Assembly: GCF_036321535.1 (NCBI RefSeq)
Contig: NC_087456.1
Location: 26,970,001-27,034,000 of the forward strand
Length of the DNA stretch: 64,000 nucleotides
Direction: 5' to 3'
Origin: Camelus dromedarius
Lineage: Eukaryota
Position 1 is the stretch's first letter. Each line of letters opens with the position of its first letter. Below the pieces are notes generated by a model. It saw nothing but the letters and a program-made list of their open reading frames with translations. It searched no databases and was not told the origin of the DNA. Below are positions 25,888-38,320 of the stretch, piece after piece. The translations under genes were made by a program, and so were the position numbers.

Positions 25888-26268
25888 TGCCTTGGTTGGT
25901 TTGGGCTGCCATAAGACAATATTGGAGACTGGACATTTAAATGACAGAAATTTCTTTCTCACAGTTCTGGAGGCTAGAAGTCCGAGACAGGGATGTCAGC
26001 ATGGTCGAGTTCTGGTGAGAACCCTTGTCCTGGCTTGCGAATAGCAACCTTTTCATTGTGTCCTCACATGGTGAAGAGTTGCAGCTCTGGGGTCTCTCCC
26101 TCTCCATATGAGGGCACCGACCCCATCATGGGAGCTCCACCCTCGTGACCTCATATAAACCTAATTACCTTCCAAAGGCTCCACCTCCTAGTACCATTAG
26201 ACTGAGGGTTAGAGCTTCAGTGTATGAAACTGGGGCAGTGGGAGAGGAGACACATTCAGTCCATAACT
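25888..26268 (-). mobile_element. MaLR LTR (MLT1A-like)
   Basis: TTTGGGCTGCCATAAG...TCTCACAGTTCTGGAGGCTAGAAGTCC...GTCCTCACATGGTG...CCTAATTACCTTCCAAAGGC...CACATTCAGTCCATAAC. Confidence 0.85.
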
Positions 26269-26689
26269 GGGAATCAGTTGAGAAATAAAATGTATCGATG
26301 AGTGGCTTTTTGGCAAACATGTCAGAAAATACAGAAAGTGAGCATTAAGGACTTCCCTATTTATTACAAGATATTTGATTACTTGTTACTAATCAGAACA
26401 GGGACCTTCAGGATGAACATCTGGCAGGAACCTAACCCAGGAATCTAGGTACCATTTGCTACATCTTATTCACATCACTGAGAAGGAAATCCTTTAAAAA
26501 AATTTTGACATCATAGATTCCTTAAAAAGACAATAAATTTTATCTAAGCATCTAGAAGAAAAGATTGTCTCTTAATTTTTTTTAAATCCTCTATGGCTTT
26601 ACTAATTCAAGTTATACAGGTTTAATTTTATATAAACTTTAGCTGAACCAGGATCCATTTTCCACAGTAGGAGAACATTCTCCACTTGG

Positions 26690-27320
26690 CATTTAAGAAT
26701 TTTATTGAACAACTGTTGTGTAAATATCCACTCTAAGCAAAATGCTGTTCTTGGAGTGAACAAAACGAAGTCTCTGCTCTCACAGAGCTTCTATTCTTTG
26801 GAGTGAAGGCATGTGCATGAACAAGTAAACGAACTAGAAAAAGATCAGATGGTAATAAATGACGTGAAGAGAAATCAGCCAGAGTAAGAGTGATCAGGAG
26901 GCGGGGGAAAGCCTTTCTCAGAACACATTTAAGCTGAGGTCTCAGTGGAAAGGAGGAGACTGCCACGCCCAGATCAGGGGCAAGAATATTCCAGACAGAG
27001 GGAGCAGCGGATTCTCTGAACCAAGAACGAGCTTGTTAAGTTAAATTACAGAAGAGGAGCATTTTGGATCAAGAGCTGGCGTGAAAAGGAGAGCAGATGG
27101 CAGGGGACGTTGATAACAGGGGAGACTATGAATGTTTGCGGGCAGAGTGTATGGGAAATCTCCGTACTTTCTGCTCAGTTTTGTCTGAAGCTAAAGTGCT
27201 CTAAAAAAAAATGGTATCTATGAAAATGAGAGAGAGAGAGCGCAGAATGAGTTCATGTTGAAGAGAGACAGGAGTCTGATCATGCAGAACTGTAAGAGCC
27301 AGAGTAAGGACTCAGAATGG
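26690..27320 (-). mobile_element. L2 fragment containing a short L1M 3'-end insert (~27110-27210)
   Basis: AAGAATTTTATTGAACAACTG...CTCTGCTCTCACAGAGCTTCTATTCT...CATTTAAGCTGAGGTCTCAGTGG; insert GGGAAATCTCCGTACTTTCTGCTCAGTTTT...CTCTAAAAAAAA. Confidence 0.65.
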
Positions 27321-27339
27321 TCTCAGGTGTTACTATAAA

Positions 27340-27815
27340 TCTCCCCATCTCCTTTCCACACAGCCCTCTTTGCAACTTGCCTTTGCAGTGATTCTTAACA
27401 GGTGGAGCCTATTTCTTTTCCCTCAGAATCTCAGCAGGTCATGTGACTTGCTTTGGCCAATGGGACATTAGCAAACATGACCCAAGCAAAGGCTAGAAAG
27501 ATGCTGGTGAATTGGGACTTGCTCCGCCTCGCTGCTCTTTGGAACTCTGAGTCCCCCATGGGCAGACATCCAGGCTACCCTGCTAAAGGGAGAGAGACCA
27601 CATGGAGGGGAGAGGAGCCACCCCAGCTAAATCCTCTACCTTAGACCACCTAGCGAACCCCAGGACCTATGAGGGAGCCCCCACCCCAGCTGAGCATTCT
27701 ATACTGGAATGATCATTCAGCAGACTCACAGAATCAAAACCTTTTTAAAAATATGTGTTGCTTTAGTGCAAAACTACTAAACCTGGGGGTGGTTTGCAGT
27801 ACAACAAAAGCTAAC
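27340..27815 (+). mobile_element. MaLR LTR (MLT1H/I/J-like)
   Basis: GGTCATGTGACTTGCTTTGGCCAATGGGACATTAGCAAACATGAC...GTTGCTTTAG...GGGGTGGTTTGCAGTACAACAAAAGCTAAC. Confidence 0.7.
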
Positions 27816-28109
27816 GAATTCAGTGTGACAGGAGTCCTCCAGAGTGTATTCTCAGAGAAGGGACCTGATCTGATTTACACGTGCGTGTCTTAAAATCACT
27901 CCAGCAGCTGTGCGGAAGGTGGACGGTAAAAGGGCAGTGAGAACAGGGAGACCGGTCGGAAAGTTAATGAAGTCAAAGTGAGAGGTAAAGTGGGCTTGGG
28001 CAAGTCCGAAAATATTAATAACAACCGCTGTGATGTCCAGTTTCATGGTTTTAGAGTTTGTATATTTGCTGCTGATACCAAATCTACCTGTGCAGCTGGG
28101 GCCTCGTCC

Positions 28110-28490
28110 ATGATTCCTGCCTCAGACATCCAACTGTGCCTTCGGGACGTCTCCATCTTGACATCTACTTGGCATTCCCAGCTGAACACAACCCAGGATC
28201 TCTACTGATTCCACCTGCCAGAAAAAGCTCAACCCTGCTCTTCCTGAAGCCTTCCCCATCTCTGACCATCCCCAAGTTCCAGCTGCTCAGGCCAAACACC
28301 TTGGGGTCATCCTTGACAACGTCCTCTCACAGTCCACATCCAGTCTACCAACAAATCCTGCTGGCTTGACCATCGCAATAATATAAAACATTGATCCAGG
28401 AGAGACCCTGATCCAAGCGGCCATCATCTGCCATGCGGGTCACTGCTACAGCCTCCTAACAGGTATGTCTGACTGCTTCCACCATCGCCA
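28110..28490 (+). mobile_element. L2 fragment (left part of a nested L2)
   Basis: CCAGCTGCTCAGGCCAAACACCTTGGGGTCATCCTTGAC...CCATCATCTGCCATG...CTACAGCCTCCTAACAGGT; it continues after 29763. Confidence 0.7.
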
Positions 28491-28492
28491 AC

Positions 28493-29089
28493 TGTGCTAG
28501 TTTTCTAACACAGAGTAACAAATGGCTACAAATGCAAGCTTAAAACACAAAATTACTTTGTTATTATTAAAACAACAAATGATTGTCTCACAGTCTGTGG
28601 GCCTGGAGTGTGGCTACGGGTCAGCTGGGTCTTCTGCTCAGCGTTTCATCAGGCTGAATCGAGGTGCCAGCGGTCTCCTCTGAGGCTCTTTCAAGCTCGC
28701 AGGTTGGCCGCATACAGTTCCGGGTGGTTGTATGACTGAGGTCCTCATTTCTGGTTAGCTGTTGGCCAGGGACCACTCTCAGGTCCTTAGATGCCGCCTG
28801 CAGCTCCTTATCGACATGCCACAGCGTGCTCTTTGCTTCCTTCTAAGCCAGCAGGAGTGTGCCAGCTGCTGCTGCTTTTCTTGTTAGGGCTTACCCGGGG
28901 AGGTCCGGCCTGGGCGGCAGAATCTCCCTAGGGATCGGCTCAAAGTTAGTTGATTAGTAACAAAATCACAGGCTTGATACTCCATCATGTTCACAGACTC
29001 CACCCACCCTTCGAGGGGTGGGAATTACACAGGATATGCACAGAGGCGAGGAGGGTTTTCTGGACCCATCTAGAATTCTGTCTACCACA
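28493..29089 (-). mobile_element. Complete MaLR solo LTR (MLT1E/F/G-like)
   Basis: Starts TGTGCTAGTTTTC and ends ATTCTGTCTACCACA (reverse complement of the MLT1 start TGTGGTAGACAGAAT); near-TSD CCAAC (28488-28492) / CCAAA (29090-29094). Confidence 0.85.
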
Positions 29090-29126
29090 CCAAATGTAAC
29101 TCTGGTTTCCAAGTAGCAGATAGAGT

Positions 29127-29758
29127 TGTTAAGCAGTTAGATAGAAATGAGCACTGGGCAGGGGGAGAGGAAGGGGAAAGGAACAACCCAGAAAATAACA
29201 GTATGTCTGCACTCAGGATAAGGGACTCCAGAAACTTCTACCTTCTCTAAATGAGGACCAGCAAAAGAAGCCAGCTAAAATCAAAACGCTGCAGCTGCAC
29301 GTGAGAGAAGGGCCCGGAGTAACTTGCGCCAATGCTCATAATAATGTAATTAACATAACAGTGTGAGCGCCCTCCCTAGGTTTCTCTGTGTGCTTCACAC
29401 CCAAGACCCGCCCAAAAGGGGATGGGCGTGCCAGAGCACAGGGAACCTGAGCTGTCAGTCAACCTGAGCACGAGGAACCCGAGCTGTCAATCAGCCTGAT
29501 CACTCAGAACCTGAGCCATTAATCAGTCAATCACATAAAACACCCCTAAGCCAGGATATAACATGGAAAAACAAGGGAGCTGTGCCTTTTTTCCTCTTGG
29601 ATTGGCCCGCTCCCACTTCTCAGGAGTGTTCTATCTTTTACTACCTTTTTGCTTTACTAACAAAAATCTTGCTTATATCACGCTTTGTCGCTCGTTAAAA
29701 ATTCTTTTTTGGGTGACTAAGAACCGAAGTAATACTTATTTCCCTTTTCCTGGTAACA
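29127..29758 (+). mobile_element. Solo ERV LTR (ERV1/gammaretroviral-type), 632 bp
   Basis: Termini TGTTA...TAACA (5-bp inverted repeat); exact 4-bp TSD GAGT at 29123-29126 and 29759-29762; internal ~32-bp tandem repeats, TATA-like CATAAAA near 29534, CpGs retained. Confidence 0.85.
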
Positions 29759-29762
29759 GAGT

Positions 29763-30160
29763 AATCCTGCCTTTAAAAAAAAAAAAAAAAAAAAAAAAAA
29801 CCTGTCAGATCATGTTAATCCTCTGCTTGAAAACACTCCAGTGGCAGCCCATCTCAGTGAAAGAAAAAAATCCAGTCTCTATCTGGGATCACAAGGCCCT
29901 GCGTGATCTGGTTCTCCACTGTTTATCTGATCTTATCTCCTCTTACTCACCCCTCGCTTGAGTCATTCCAGACATCCTGGCTTCCTCCTGGCCCTTAAAT
30001 GCATCCGTCACGCTCCCATCTCAGCATCTCTGCGCTTGTTACTGCCTCTACCTGGAGTACACTGTCTCCAAATATTTAAAGGCCTCTCTCCCTCACAAAT
30101 GAATAGATTCTCCCCATCATTCAAGAAATATTTTATAAATCTCAGAATCACCTTCTAGCT
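29763..30160 (+). mobile_element. L2 fragment (right part of the nested L2)
   Basis: TCAGATCATGTTAATCCTCTGCTTGAAAACACTCCAGTGGC...CACAAGGCCCTGCGTGATCTGG...CCAGACATCCTGGCTTCCTCCTG. Confidence 0.7.
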
Positions 30161-30179
30161 CCCTGACCCAGTTTCATTT

Positions 30180-30560
30180 TTCTTCTTCCCACTGACTGAG
30201 TTTGCATCCTCAGATTGCATCCTGTGGATGCCAAGATGTATTTTGATGGGAAAGAGATTAATTGGAGGAAATTCCTTGGAAGGATAAAGGGGAGCGGGAG
30301 GAGGAACAGGTGGCAGAGCCTTCAGGCTGCGATGCAGGTCTGACACCTGTGAAAGGAGAGGGGCCAGGGGAGGAGGGGTGGGTAGGCAGAGAGGGCGGGG
30401 AGGGCCTCAGGCTGCAGTGCTATTCTGAGAAAGTCTTGGCCAAGCTGATGGGAGGCCCTGGAGGAAAGACGGTGGTTAGAGGAGGCTAAGATCTGACACC
30501 TCTGCTTAGCCATTGTTTAGGGTCAGCCTGGGGGAGGAGGTTTCAAGAGGGTATTAGAAG
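30180..30560 (-). mobile_element. Old ERVL-class LTR fragment
   Basis: AGAGCCTTCAGGCTGCGATGCAGGTCTGACACCTGTGAAAGGAGAG...CTGCAGTGCTATTCTGAGAAAGTCTTGGCCA resembles old ERVL LTRs; subfamily uncertain. Confidence 0.5.
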
Positions 30561-30879
30561 GTATGATGGAGGGGGCTTCAGCCACCTGGGCTCCCCATGG
30601 CTGGTTCTCTCACAGGAAGATCAGAGCCGCTCACTTCGGTAGCAACCACAGCTGTGTTGTCTGTTTGCTCACTTTGATCCCCACCTCCCCAGCCCGTTAC
30701 AATGCAAGCTCCCTGAGGCCAGGATCTCAGCCCCTTTACTGCTGTGTCACCAGCACCCATCGCAGAAGAGCGGCTCTATAGCATCACTGAACGAATGAAC
30801 AGCAGCTAATATTTTTCAGCATCCAAGTGTTTACTATGGGATTGTTAAAAGGGCTCATACTTAACTTGATGAATTCTCA

Positions 30880-31040
30880 TACGACTCCATAAGGGAGGTG
30901 CTGTATTTGTCCTCATTTTGTCAAGGAGAGAACTCGGGGAGAGAGAACCCAAGCAAGCAAACTAAGTGTTCAGCACAGGCAAGAAGCAGAGGTGGGGTCT
31001 GACCCAAGATCCAGGCTCTTAACCTCCGCTCCATACTCTC
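30880..31040 (-). mobile_element. MIR SINE fragment
   Basis: CCATAAGGGAGGTGCTGTATTTGTCCTCATTTTG...GGGGTCTGACCCAAGATCCAGGCTCTTAACC. Confidence 0.55.
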
Positions 31041-31474
31041 TCCCCAAGAGAATAAATGCCTTCAAACTCAGGATATGCTTATAGGTGGAATCAACAGAAT
31101 TCCTAATGAATTTAATGAGAGAAGTAAAAGAAACAGAAGAATCAGAGTTCTTCAATATTGGTCCTGAGCAATTTGGCAAATAGTGGGTATGGAAGTGAAA
31201 AGGCTTGGAGTTTCTCTAATCTGTAGGTTTGAGGCGGAAACTGTTTTAGCCAGGTTAGTTTTGAGAACTGTATTAAACATCCATGAAACCACAGAGTAGG
31301 CATGTGAATTTCCAAGACTGGATTTCTAGGAATCTGGAAATAAAGATTTGGACGTCTTCGTCATAGAGCTTATATTTAAAGCCATGGAACTAGAGGAAAT
31401 CACCTGGAGAAGCTATGGAGATAAAGGTACGGAGGGGACCCAGGGAATTATGCTGAGTGGGAAAAAAAAGCCAG

Positions 31475-31740
31475 TCCTAAAATGTAACATAGCACGTCAT
31501 CCAGTTTATGTAGTATTCTTGAAGTGACCAAAGCACAGAGAACAGATCAAAGGTGTCCAGAGGTCAGTCATGGTGGGGAGGCGGGGTGAGGTGTGACTAT
31601 ACAGTGACAACGTGAGGACGCTTCTCTGTGGTCACGGAACGGTTCTGTGTTCAGATTGTAATGATGGTTACGCAAAACTAGACATGGGAGAAGATTTCTA
31701 AGAACTATAAACAAACAAAAAGAGTGCTTGTAAACACTGG
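31475..31740 (+). mobile_element. Old L1M 3'UTR fragment
   Basis: GTGTGACTATACAGTGACAACGTGAGG...GGTTCTGTGTTCAGATTGTAATGATGGTTACGC. Confidence 0.6.
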
Positions 31741-32989
31741 GGAATCCCAAAAAAGAATAGGGCAGTAGTTGAGTTATTAGCATTGCAGCGAAGTCCATTT
31801 CTGGATTTGAACAAATGCGCCCTAAAAAGTTGGATATTATCAGCGAGGGGAGCAGGGTGAAGGGTACTCAGGACTCCCTGTACCATTCTGATAACTTCTT
31901 GTGAGTCAAACTCTTTTAGAATAAAAAGTACTAAACAATATAAAGAGATTATTTCTGTAAAAGTAAGGTTGGTATATTTATTTAGATTTTTAAAAATATT
32001 TTTCAATAAAATTTTATAACATTTGCTGCTTTATAACATTTCAGCCACAATAACAGATTCTGGGTACATTCATTTTGCCTCTAGATTGAATTTTTTTTTT
32101 TTTTTTGAAAGAAACAGACCACAGTGAAGAATAACGTATACTACTGGGGGCTTTTAATTCATTCAATTATTCAACTAAACCTGAATGCCCATGATGCACT
32201 GTGCAAAACACTAGCAGAGGGAGATGCATGGGTAAATGAATAGTGCACAGTCCTGGCCTCAGGGAGACCCCATTCTCGTATGGGACAGGCAATAAAACTA
32301 TTATCTGGGATGCAATATTTTACAGGTGATTTAAAGTTCTCGTTGTGATTATCTTATTATGGGAGATAAGGAAAGGAAAGAAGTACCAGTTTAAAACCTA
32401 GTAAATACTTTTTTTTTTTTTTTTAAGGCAGAGACATTAACCTTGTGTTAGTCTTCAAGGTCTGAGGACAAGATTATTTTGGTTTCCAATTTTACCAGAC
32501 TTCAGAGCCTAATACTATTAAATCGTTTCCTAAGCAAGAAAAATGACTTGGGTCAATAATCATTAGGCTATGCTTCAACCGCTCAGACCTTAGAAGTAAA
32601 TAAGCCAGTGGAAAGCCTGCCCAGTTCTGATGTAAACTTAGTTAAGTGGGAAAAGGTAGGAAGGGACCCCTCTTTCTGATGATAGGAGGAGATGGGAGAA
32701 TTATAAAAGGACTGAGCCCTGATCCCAAGGAGGTGCTGCTGAGGTTGGTTTGTTCTTACTGAAACTCAAATCAATCCCTTCATTTTCTCCTACGAGAAGG
32801 CTTAGTTGGGGCCCAGCAGAGACACGCTGTGATTCCCAAGGGAAAACCCTGGACAGTGAAATGGTCTGCCTTGGTACCAGGGGCAGGAGATGAGGGATGC
32901 CTGGATCTCAGTGTTACTTCCCCTTTTTGCCCACTATACCCAGTGAGTTGTTCTCTTTTCCTTTTTAAAAATGGTTGGAACTTGATGAG

Positions 32990-33915
32990 GAACAGGTTAT
33001 TTACATAGTCTCAAAGAATAGTCCACAAATTACTTATGAATTTAAGATAGTAACGTTTAATAATAGAGACTCCTGGCAGACACACCTTCACCGATAATCA
33101 GAGTTGACATCACCAATATCAGGGCAGACTGACATCACTCGGTGAGGCACTGAGAAGGACACAACCTCACTTCTGTGGTATTCCTGCCAAAAATGAAGAA
33201 GCTAAATCTAATCACACGGAGACATCAGATAAAGCCATATTACAGGACATTCTACAAAATTAGTGTCCCACGCTCTTCAAAAATGTCAAGGTCAAGACAC
33301 CGAAAGGCAGAGGGAGTGTTCCAGATTAAAGGAGACTAAAGATACACAACAGCCAATTGCAGCCCATGATCCTGTACTGGATTCAGAACTGGGGGAAGGG
33401 GTGAGGGGCAAGCTATTAAGAATGCTACCGACACAAGTAACAAAATTTGAAAATAGACTGTGGACTAGATAATAGTATCAATGTTAAATTTTGATGATTG
33501 TATTCTAAATATATAGAGAATGTCCTTGTTCTTAAGAAATAAACACTGAAGTATTTAGGAGTAAAGGAATGTAATCCTTCCAACTTTTAANNNNNNNNNN
33601 NNNNNNNNNNNNNNNNNNNNNNNNNNNNNNNNNNNNNNNNNNNNNNNNNNNNNNNNNNNNNNNNNNNNNNNNNNNNNNNNNNNNNNNNNNNNNNNNNNNN
33701 NNNNNNNNNNNNNNNNNNNNNNNNNNNNNNNNNNNNNNNNNNNNNNNNNNNNNNNNNNNNTGTATATATGGGTATACATATATATATATAGAGAGAGAAT
33801 GATGATACAAATGAGGCAAAATGTTAACTGGTGAATCTGGACAAAAAGGGAACATGGGATTTCCTTGCATTATTTTCGCAACCTTCTCTACATTTAAAAT
33901 TAAATCAAGATTAAA
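32990..33915 (+). mobile_element. L1MC/L1MD-type 3'UTR containing N-run 33591-33760
   Basis: CTGGCAGACACACCTT...CACTTCTGTGGTATTCCTGCCAAAA...GTTCCAGATTAAAGGAGACTAAAG...GAGAATGTCCTTGTTCTTAAGAAATAAACACTGAAGTATTTAGG...GGCAAAATGTTAACTGGTGAATCTGG. Confidence 0.75.
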
Positions 33916-34809
33916 CACTTAAGCAATACGTGCTTATCATTGAGCACTCAGTTTAATCAGCCCCCTTGTGTGCATTTGGCTGGATTAGGGCTGTGACTTT
34001 CCTCAGCTCCAATCCCCCTGGCTTGCTTGGGGTCCATTCCAAGAACAAGACGCAGGCAAGAAGGAAGAGACACAGAGGCAGGCTGTGAGTGATAAATGGC
34101 TCCCTGACATTGGTGACCCTTGAACTAGGTCCTGAAGGATGAAGAGGAGTTAGGCAGGCAGTGGAGGACCTTCTGGGTGGCAGCAGTGTTTGCAAAGGCA
34201 GGGAGCTCTTGTATCTCGTTTTGTTCCTAAGATCTGGTCTCTGCCATTCCTTTCTCTGTGTCTGCAAGGCTGTCCTCTGTAGACTATAGATGCCCTTGAC
34301 CTCTGTCTTCTGGAGGTTTGACCAATAGAGGACGCCAGTTGGCAGAGCAAGGACAGATAGAGAGAGCGGGTAGGATGTTTGTTCTCTCTGTGGTTTGGAC
34401 AGTGCAGATGTAAATCCACGGCTCCTGTTCCCTGACCCTCTCGGTGCTTCCAGATTCTCCAGGCTTCAGTGTTTCCATCTACTTCTCTCGCCTCTTCAGT
34501 CCTGGAGTAGAAAGGGCTTCCCACTACCGCTGGCTGCCTCCCCAGCCTTTGTTTGTTCTTCTAATTGTCCACTCTTCAGAAAATAATTCCTCAGTAAGTT
34601 ATTTTTAGTTCAATTCTTTTATATGTGCCATGTATTTCCTGCTAGGATCGTTCTTAAAACATAAGGCATGGCTGAAGCCAAGGGCACAGGGAGGAAGGGT
34701 AGGGGGTGAGATTTAGGTGGCAGGGGCTAGACCAGAAGAGGCCAGCTCTGGCTTTTTCCCCACTATTGCAGCAACTCAGACATTACAGAAAAGACAGTAC
34801 TGTGTGAAG

Positions 34810-34930
34810 GAGAGACCTTTGCAGTCAGATAGACCTCAGTTGTGTGACCTTGGTAAGTGACTTAATCTGCCTGAGCTGTTTCCTCATTTATGAAAAGAGA
34901 TTGACCTTACAGGGTTAATGTGAGGAATAG
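34810..34930 (+). mobile_element. MIR SINE
   Basis: GTGTGACCTTGGTAAGTGACTTAATCTGCCTGAGCTGTTTCCTCATTTATGAAA is the MIR core. Confidence 0.7.
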
Positions 34931-35410
34931 ATGGGGATAGAGCAAGTTCATCTTAGGGCCTGATTTCCAGTAGCATCTCCTTCATACAGCTTCTCTGACT
35001 GTATCAGTCCCTAGTGACCTCTTCTCTGAATGTCGGTTACCGTCATAACCCAGAGTCTGACCCTCATCATTTGTAATTATTTCATAGATAGATTTGTTTG
35101 CTGTGATTCTGCAACTAGGTTTTAAACTGTTTTACATAAGGGGCAGTGGTTTACATGCCTTTGATTCTCTCAGTCTTGGGCACAGAGCGGGTTAATAACA
35201 CTTGTTGGTTGATAAAAGGAGATAAATGATTTTGAGTGTCACAGCATTTAAGGAAATATTTCTAATTCCCTTTCATCGTTTCTGACCTCTCTACCCCTAC
35301 TATAATATCATGTTAAAATCAGAACGAATGAAAAATTTTCCTTCTTTCCTTCCACCCTTTCTTCCTTCTAAGCATATCTTTTAGCACCTACTATGTATAA
35401 ATAGCCAGCC

Positions 35411-35876
35411 TTTTTTTTTAATTGAAGTATAGTCAGTTATTAAGTGTCAATTTCTGGTGTACAGCATACTGTTTCAGTCATACATATACATCTACATATA
35501 TATATATTCGTTTTCATATTCTTCTTCATTATAGGTTACTACAAGATACTGAATATAGTTCCCTGTGCTACACAGAAGAAACTTGTTGTTTATCTATTTT
35601 ATATATAGTAGTTAATATTTGCAAATCTCCAACTCCCAATTTATCCCTTCCCACCCTCTTTCCCCTAGTAACCACGATTTGTTTACTATGTCTGTGAGTC
35701 TGTTTATGTTTTGTAGTTAAGTTCATTAGTGTCTTCTTTTTCCTTTTTTTCAGATTCCACATATGAGTGATAGCCTACGGTTCTTTTTCTTTCTCTTTCT
35801 GGCTTACTTCACTTAGAATGATGATCTCTAGGTCTATCCATGTTGCTGCAAATGGCATTATTTTATTCTTTTTTAT
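35411..35876 (-). mobile_element. Young L1 3' end, antisense
   Basis: PolyT then AATTGAAGTATAGTCAGTT...GTGTCAATTTCTGGTGTACAGC..., the reverse complement of the same 3'UTR as 1380-1800; no clear TSD. Confidence 0.92.
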
Positions 35877-38199
35877 TAGCCAAAGACATTTTATATCTGT
35901 TTCACTAACTAAAATCATTTATGAGAAGGGAATTTGGAATGGATATACAGTTCCAAAATTAAGCTATATTCATACTCCCAGAAAAGGGCTGGGTGAAATG
36001 ATAGAGAAGATGGAAGATGGTACTTCAGAAGGGGGCATAATAGTGTCCCCTCTGTGGCTGTGTAAATTTGCTATTTCCTTTGCTAAAGTTGTTTTGGTAG
36101 CTGTTTTTCCCCCCTCCATCTGTTGTAGTCCTGTGTCTTTTCATTTAAAAATTTTTCCCTTTAAGAGAAATGAGACCATTAAAATAAGCAGAACTAGGAC
36201 TAACATTAAGCACTTGATAATCTTCTCACACTGTCTCATTAATGCTCAGGGCACCTGAGAGGTCACTCAACATGGTGATTATCCCTCTTGGTCAAATCAA
36301 AATGCCAAGAAACAGAGAGGCTGACTGAGTCCCCCACTCCCTACACACACAGCTATTGTGGAAGCTTGTCAGTGGACCTCATTCTAAGAGTCAGCCTGAT
36401 TTTCATGGTTCCTTGTGCCTGATTCAATGCCTTCTCTAAGAGAGAAAACACGCAAAAAACGGAGAGACCCTAGACCAGAGAACACTTGAGTTGTTTTTTG
36501 CAAGTCTAGAGGATGTCTGCCTATTCCTCACGCTCCTCCTACAGGACTCCGCCCACGACAGCCCTGGCCTGGACATGGCCAGAAATGGCCATGGCCTCTC
36601 ACAGGCCTTCCCTTTCCCGTGCTCCTTTCCAGGGACTTGCAGAGAGTGGGCTCTGCCACTGATCACACAGCCCTGGCTCCAGGAATGAGGTCGGAAAGGA
36701 GCTTCAGAGCATTCTTCACATCCGTGCTGGAGGTGGGACAGCTGCTCAGCCTCACGAGTAACACTCGCAAGCTGCCTCAGTGCATTTACTCCCCCATATT
36801 GATGAGAGACCAAGCCCATTAGCCCAGTGCCCATCATTGCCCCAGTGCCTACAGGAGCCTGGCAGGTTATGTACCAGAGGATGGAGAGTGGAGTAAATAT
36901 ACGTACATCTGCCTTCCTGGAGTAAGTGGTCCAGCCTGGGGCAAGCTGCAGAGCGCAGGGCAGTCTAAAGGGACTAGTCCCCACCCCCTGAGCACCAGCA
37001 GGGCCCAGTGGGGGTAAATACAACAACATTTTGAAAGAAGTCTAGATTTTACAGTCATATAATTTATAAAACCACTTACATTTTGCTAAAATTATTTGGC
37101 AAGGCAAATATTCTATTAGAAACTGGTTTGTGGCCCTTTTGATAAGCAAAGATGAGATTTGATTAATGAACATGGATTCATCTTAGGTTGAGGCCCCCAA
37201 AGCCCCCATAAGATGGGATGCAGGCAGTTTATTTGGAAGGTGATGCCAGAAATCACGTGTGAACAAGAAAAGGGAGGTATATCAATAGCATGAACATTAA
37301 AAAACAAGTTATTTCCAGGGACAACTGAGGTTCAGTACCACTGGGACCCATGGAGGAACCCTGAGCACACCTGAGAATCAGGGGAAGAATGGCAGCCATT
37401 AATACCTGGACCCCCTTCCCGCTGATTGAGAGTTGCCCCCAGGAGCATGAACCTCAGATGCACACTTCTGGGTTGCTCCTGCTTCCAAGGTGGCAAACTC
37501 CACGGAGCCCGAGGAGGCCTCTGGCAGAGAAGAGAGACACAGGGCAGGTGGGAAGCTGACTGTGTGCTGGGAACTGTCTCCTGCACCTGCAGGGAAACTC
37601 AGGTCGGCCAAGGCAACATGAGGCAAGGTACTGGCAGCCTGTTCTGCATCTGCTTTGTGAGAAACATATTTTCTTCCTCACTTACAGTTGCATGACGTTT
37701 GGGGACAGGCCTGAAGGGTCAAGGGTCCAAGTGGGGAAAAGGGGAGCTGAGGATAACAAGATACACCAGGGCTGACCCTGTCCCATGAGTGGCTCTAGCT
37801 GGGACATAGGAGGGGGATGATATAAGTATTCTCGTGCAGGTTAGAACTGAGATGAAGGATGTAGGAAGATGAGGAGACAGTGCTAATGAAGCAGCATTTT
37901 TTATGCTTTTAAGGCTAGTCATTTATGCGACAGTGAAAGCATTAAACTTGGATGTTGCCAGCCTGACATGAAAAGCTTGAAGTTGTGTTCCAGTGTGGGA
38001 ATGTTATTTTGCAGAATAAGAAAACAATAGACTTGCTTCTCAAAGTCATCAGTTTCATAGATAGACACAAAAGGGTCCCAAGAGGTCATCAATTCGGTTC
38101 AGTAAGCATTTATTGAGCCCTGACATCACCCTCTCTTCTGTTTCCTGTTGTGGTGGAGGGATAAGTCCATCCACATTTCACATTGCGCTTTTGAACTTC

Positions 38200-38320
38200 G
38201 TGTGTACAGGAATCAACTGGGGAGCTTATTAAATGTGGATCTCGGGAATTTGGAATCTGCCTTTAACAAGAGGTCCGCCGTGCTCTGGGGCGTTGGTTTA
38301 GATAGCACTTTGAGACATGG
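38200..38320. mobile_element. MER5-like hAT-Charlie DNA transposon remnant
   Basis: GAATCAACTGGGGAGCTTATTAAATGTGGAT...GAATCTGCCTTTAACAAG...GCACTTTGAGA. Confidence 0.5.

Noticed and set aside
35767-36258. 163-aa + strand ORF
   Set aside because: Its N-terminus is antisense L1 3' sequence and the rest has no recognisable similarity; most likely chance.
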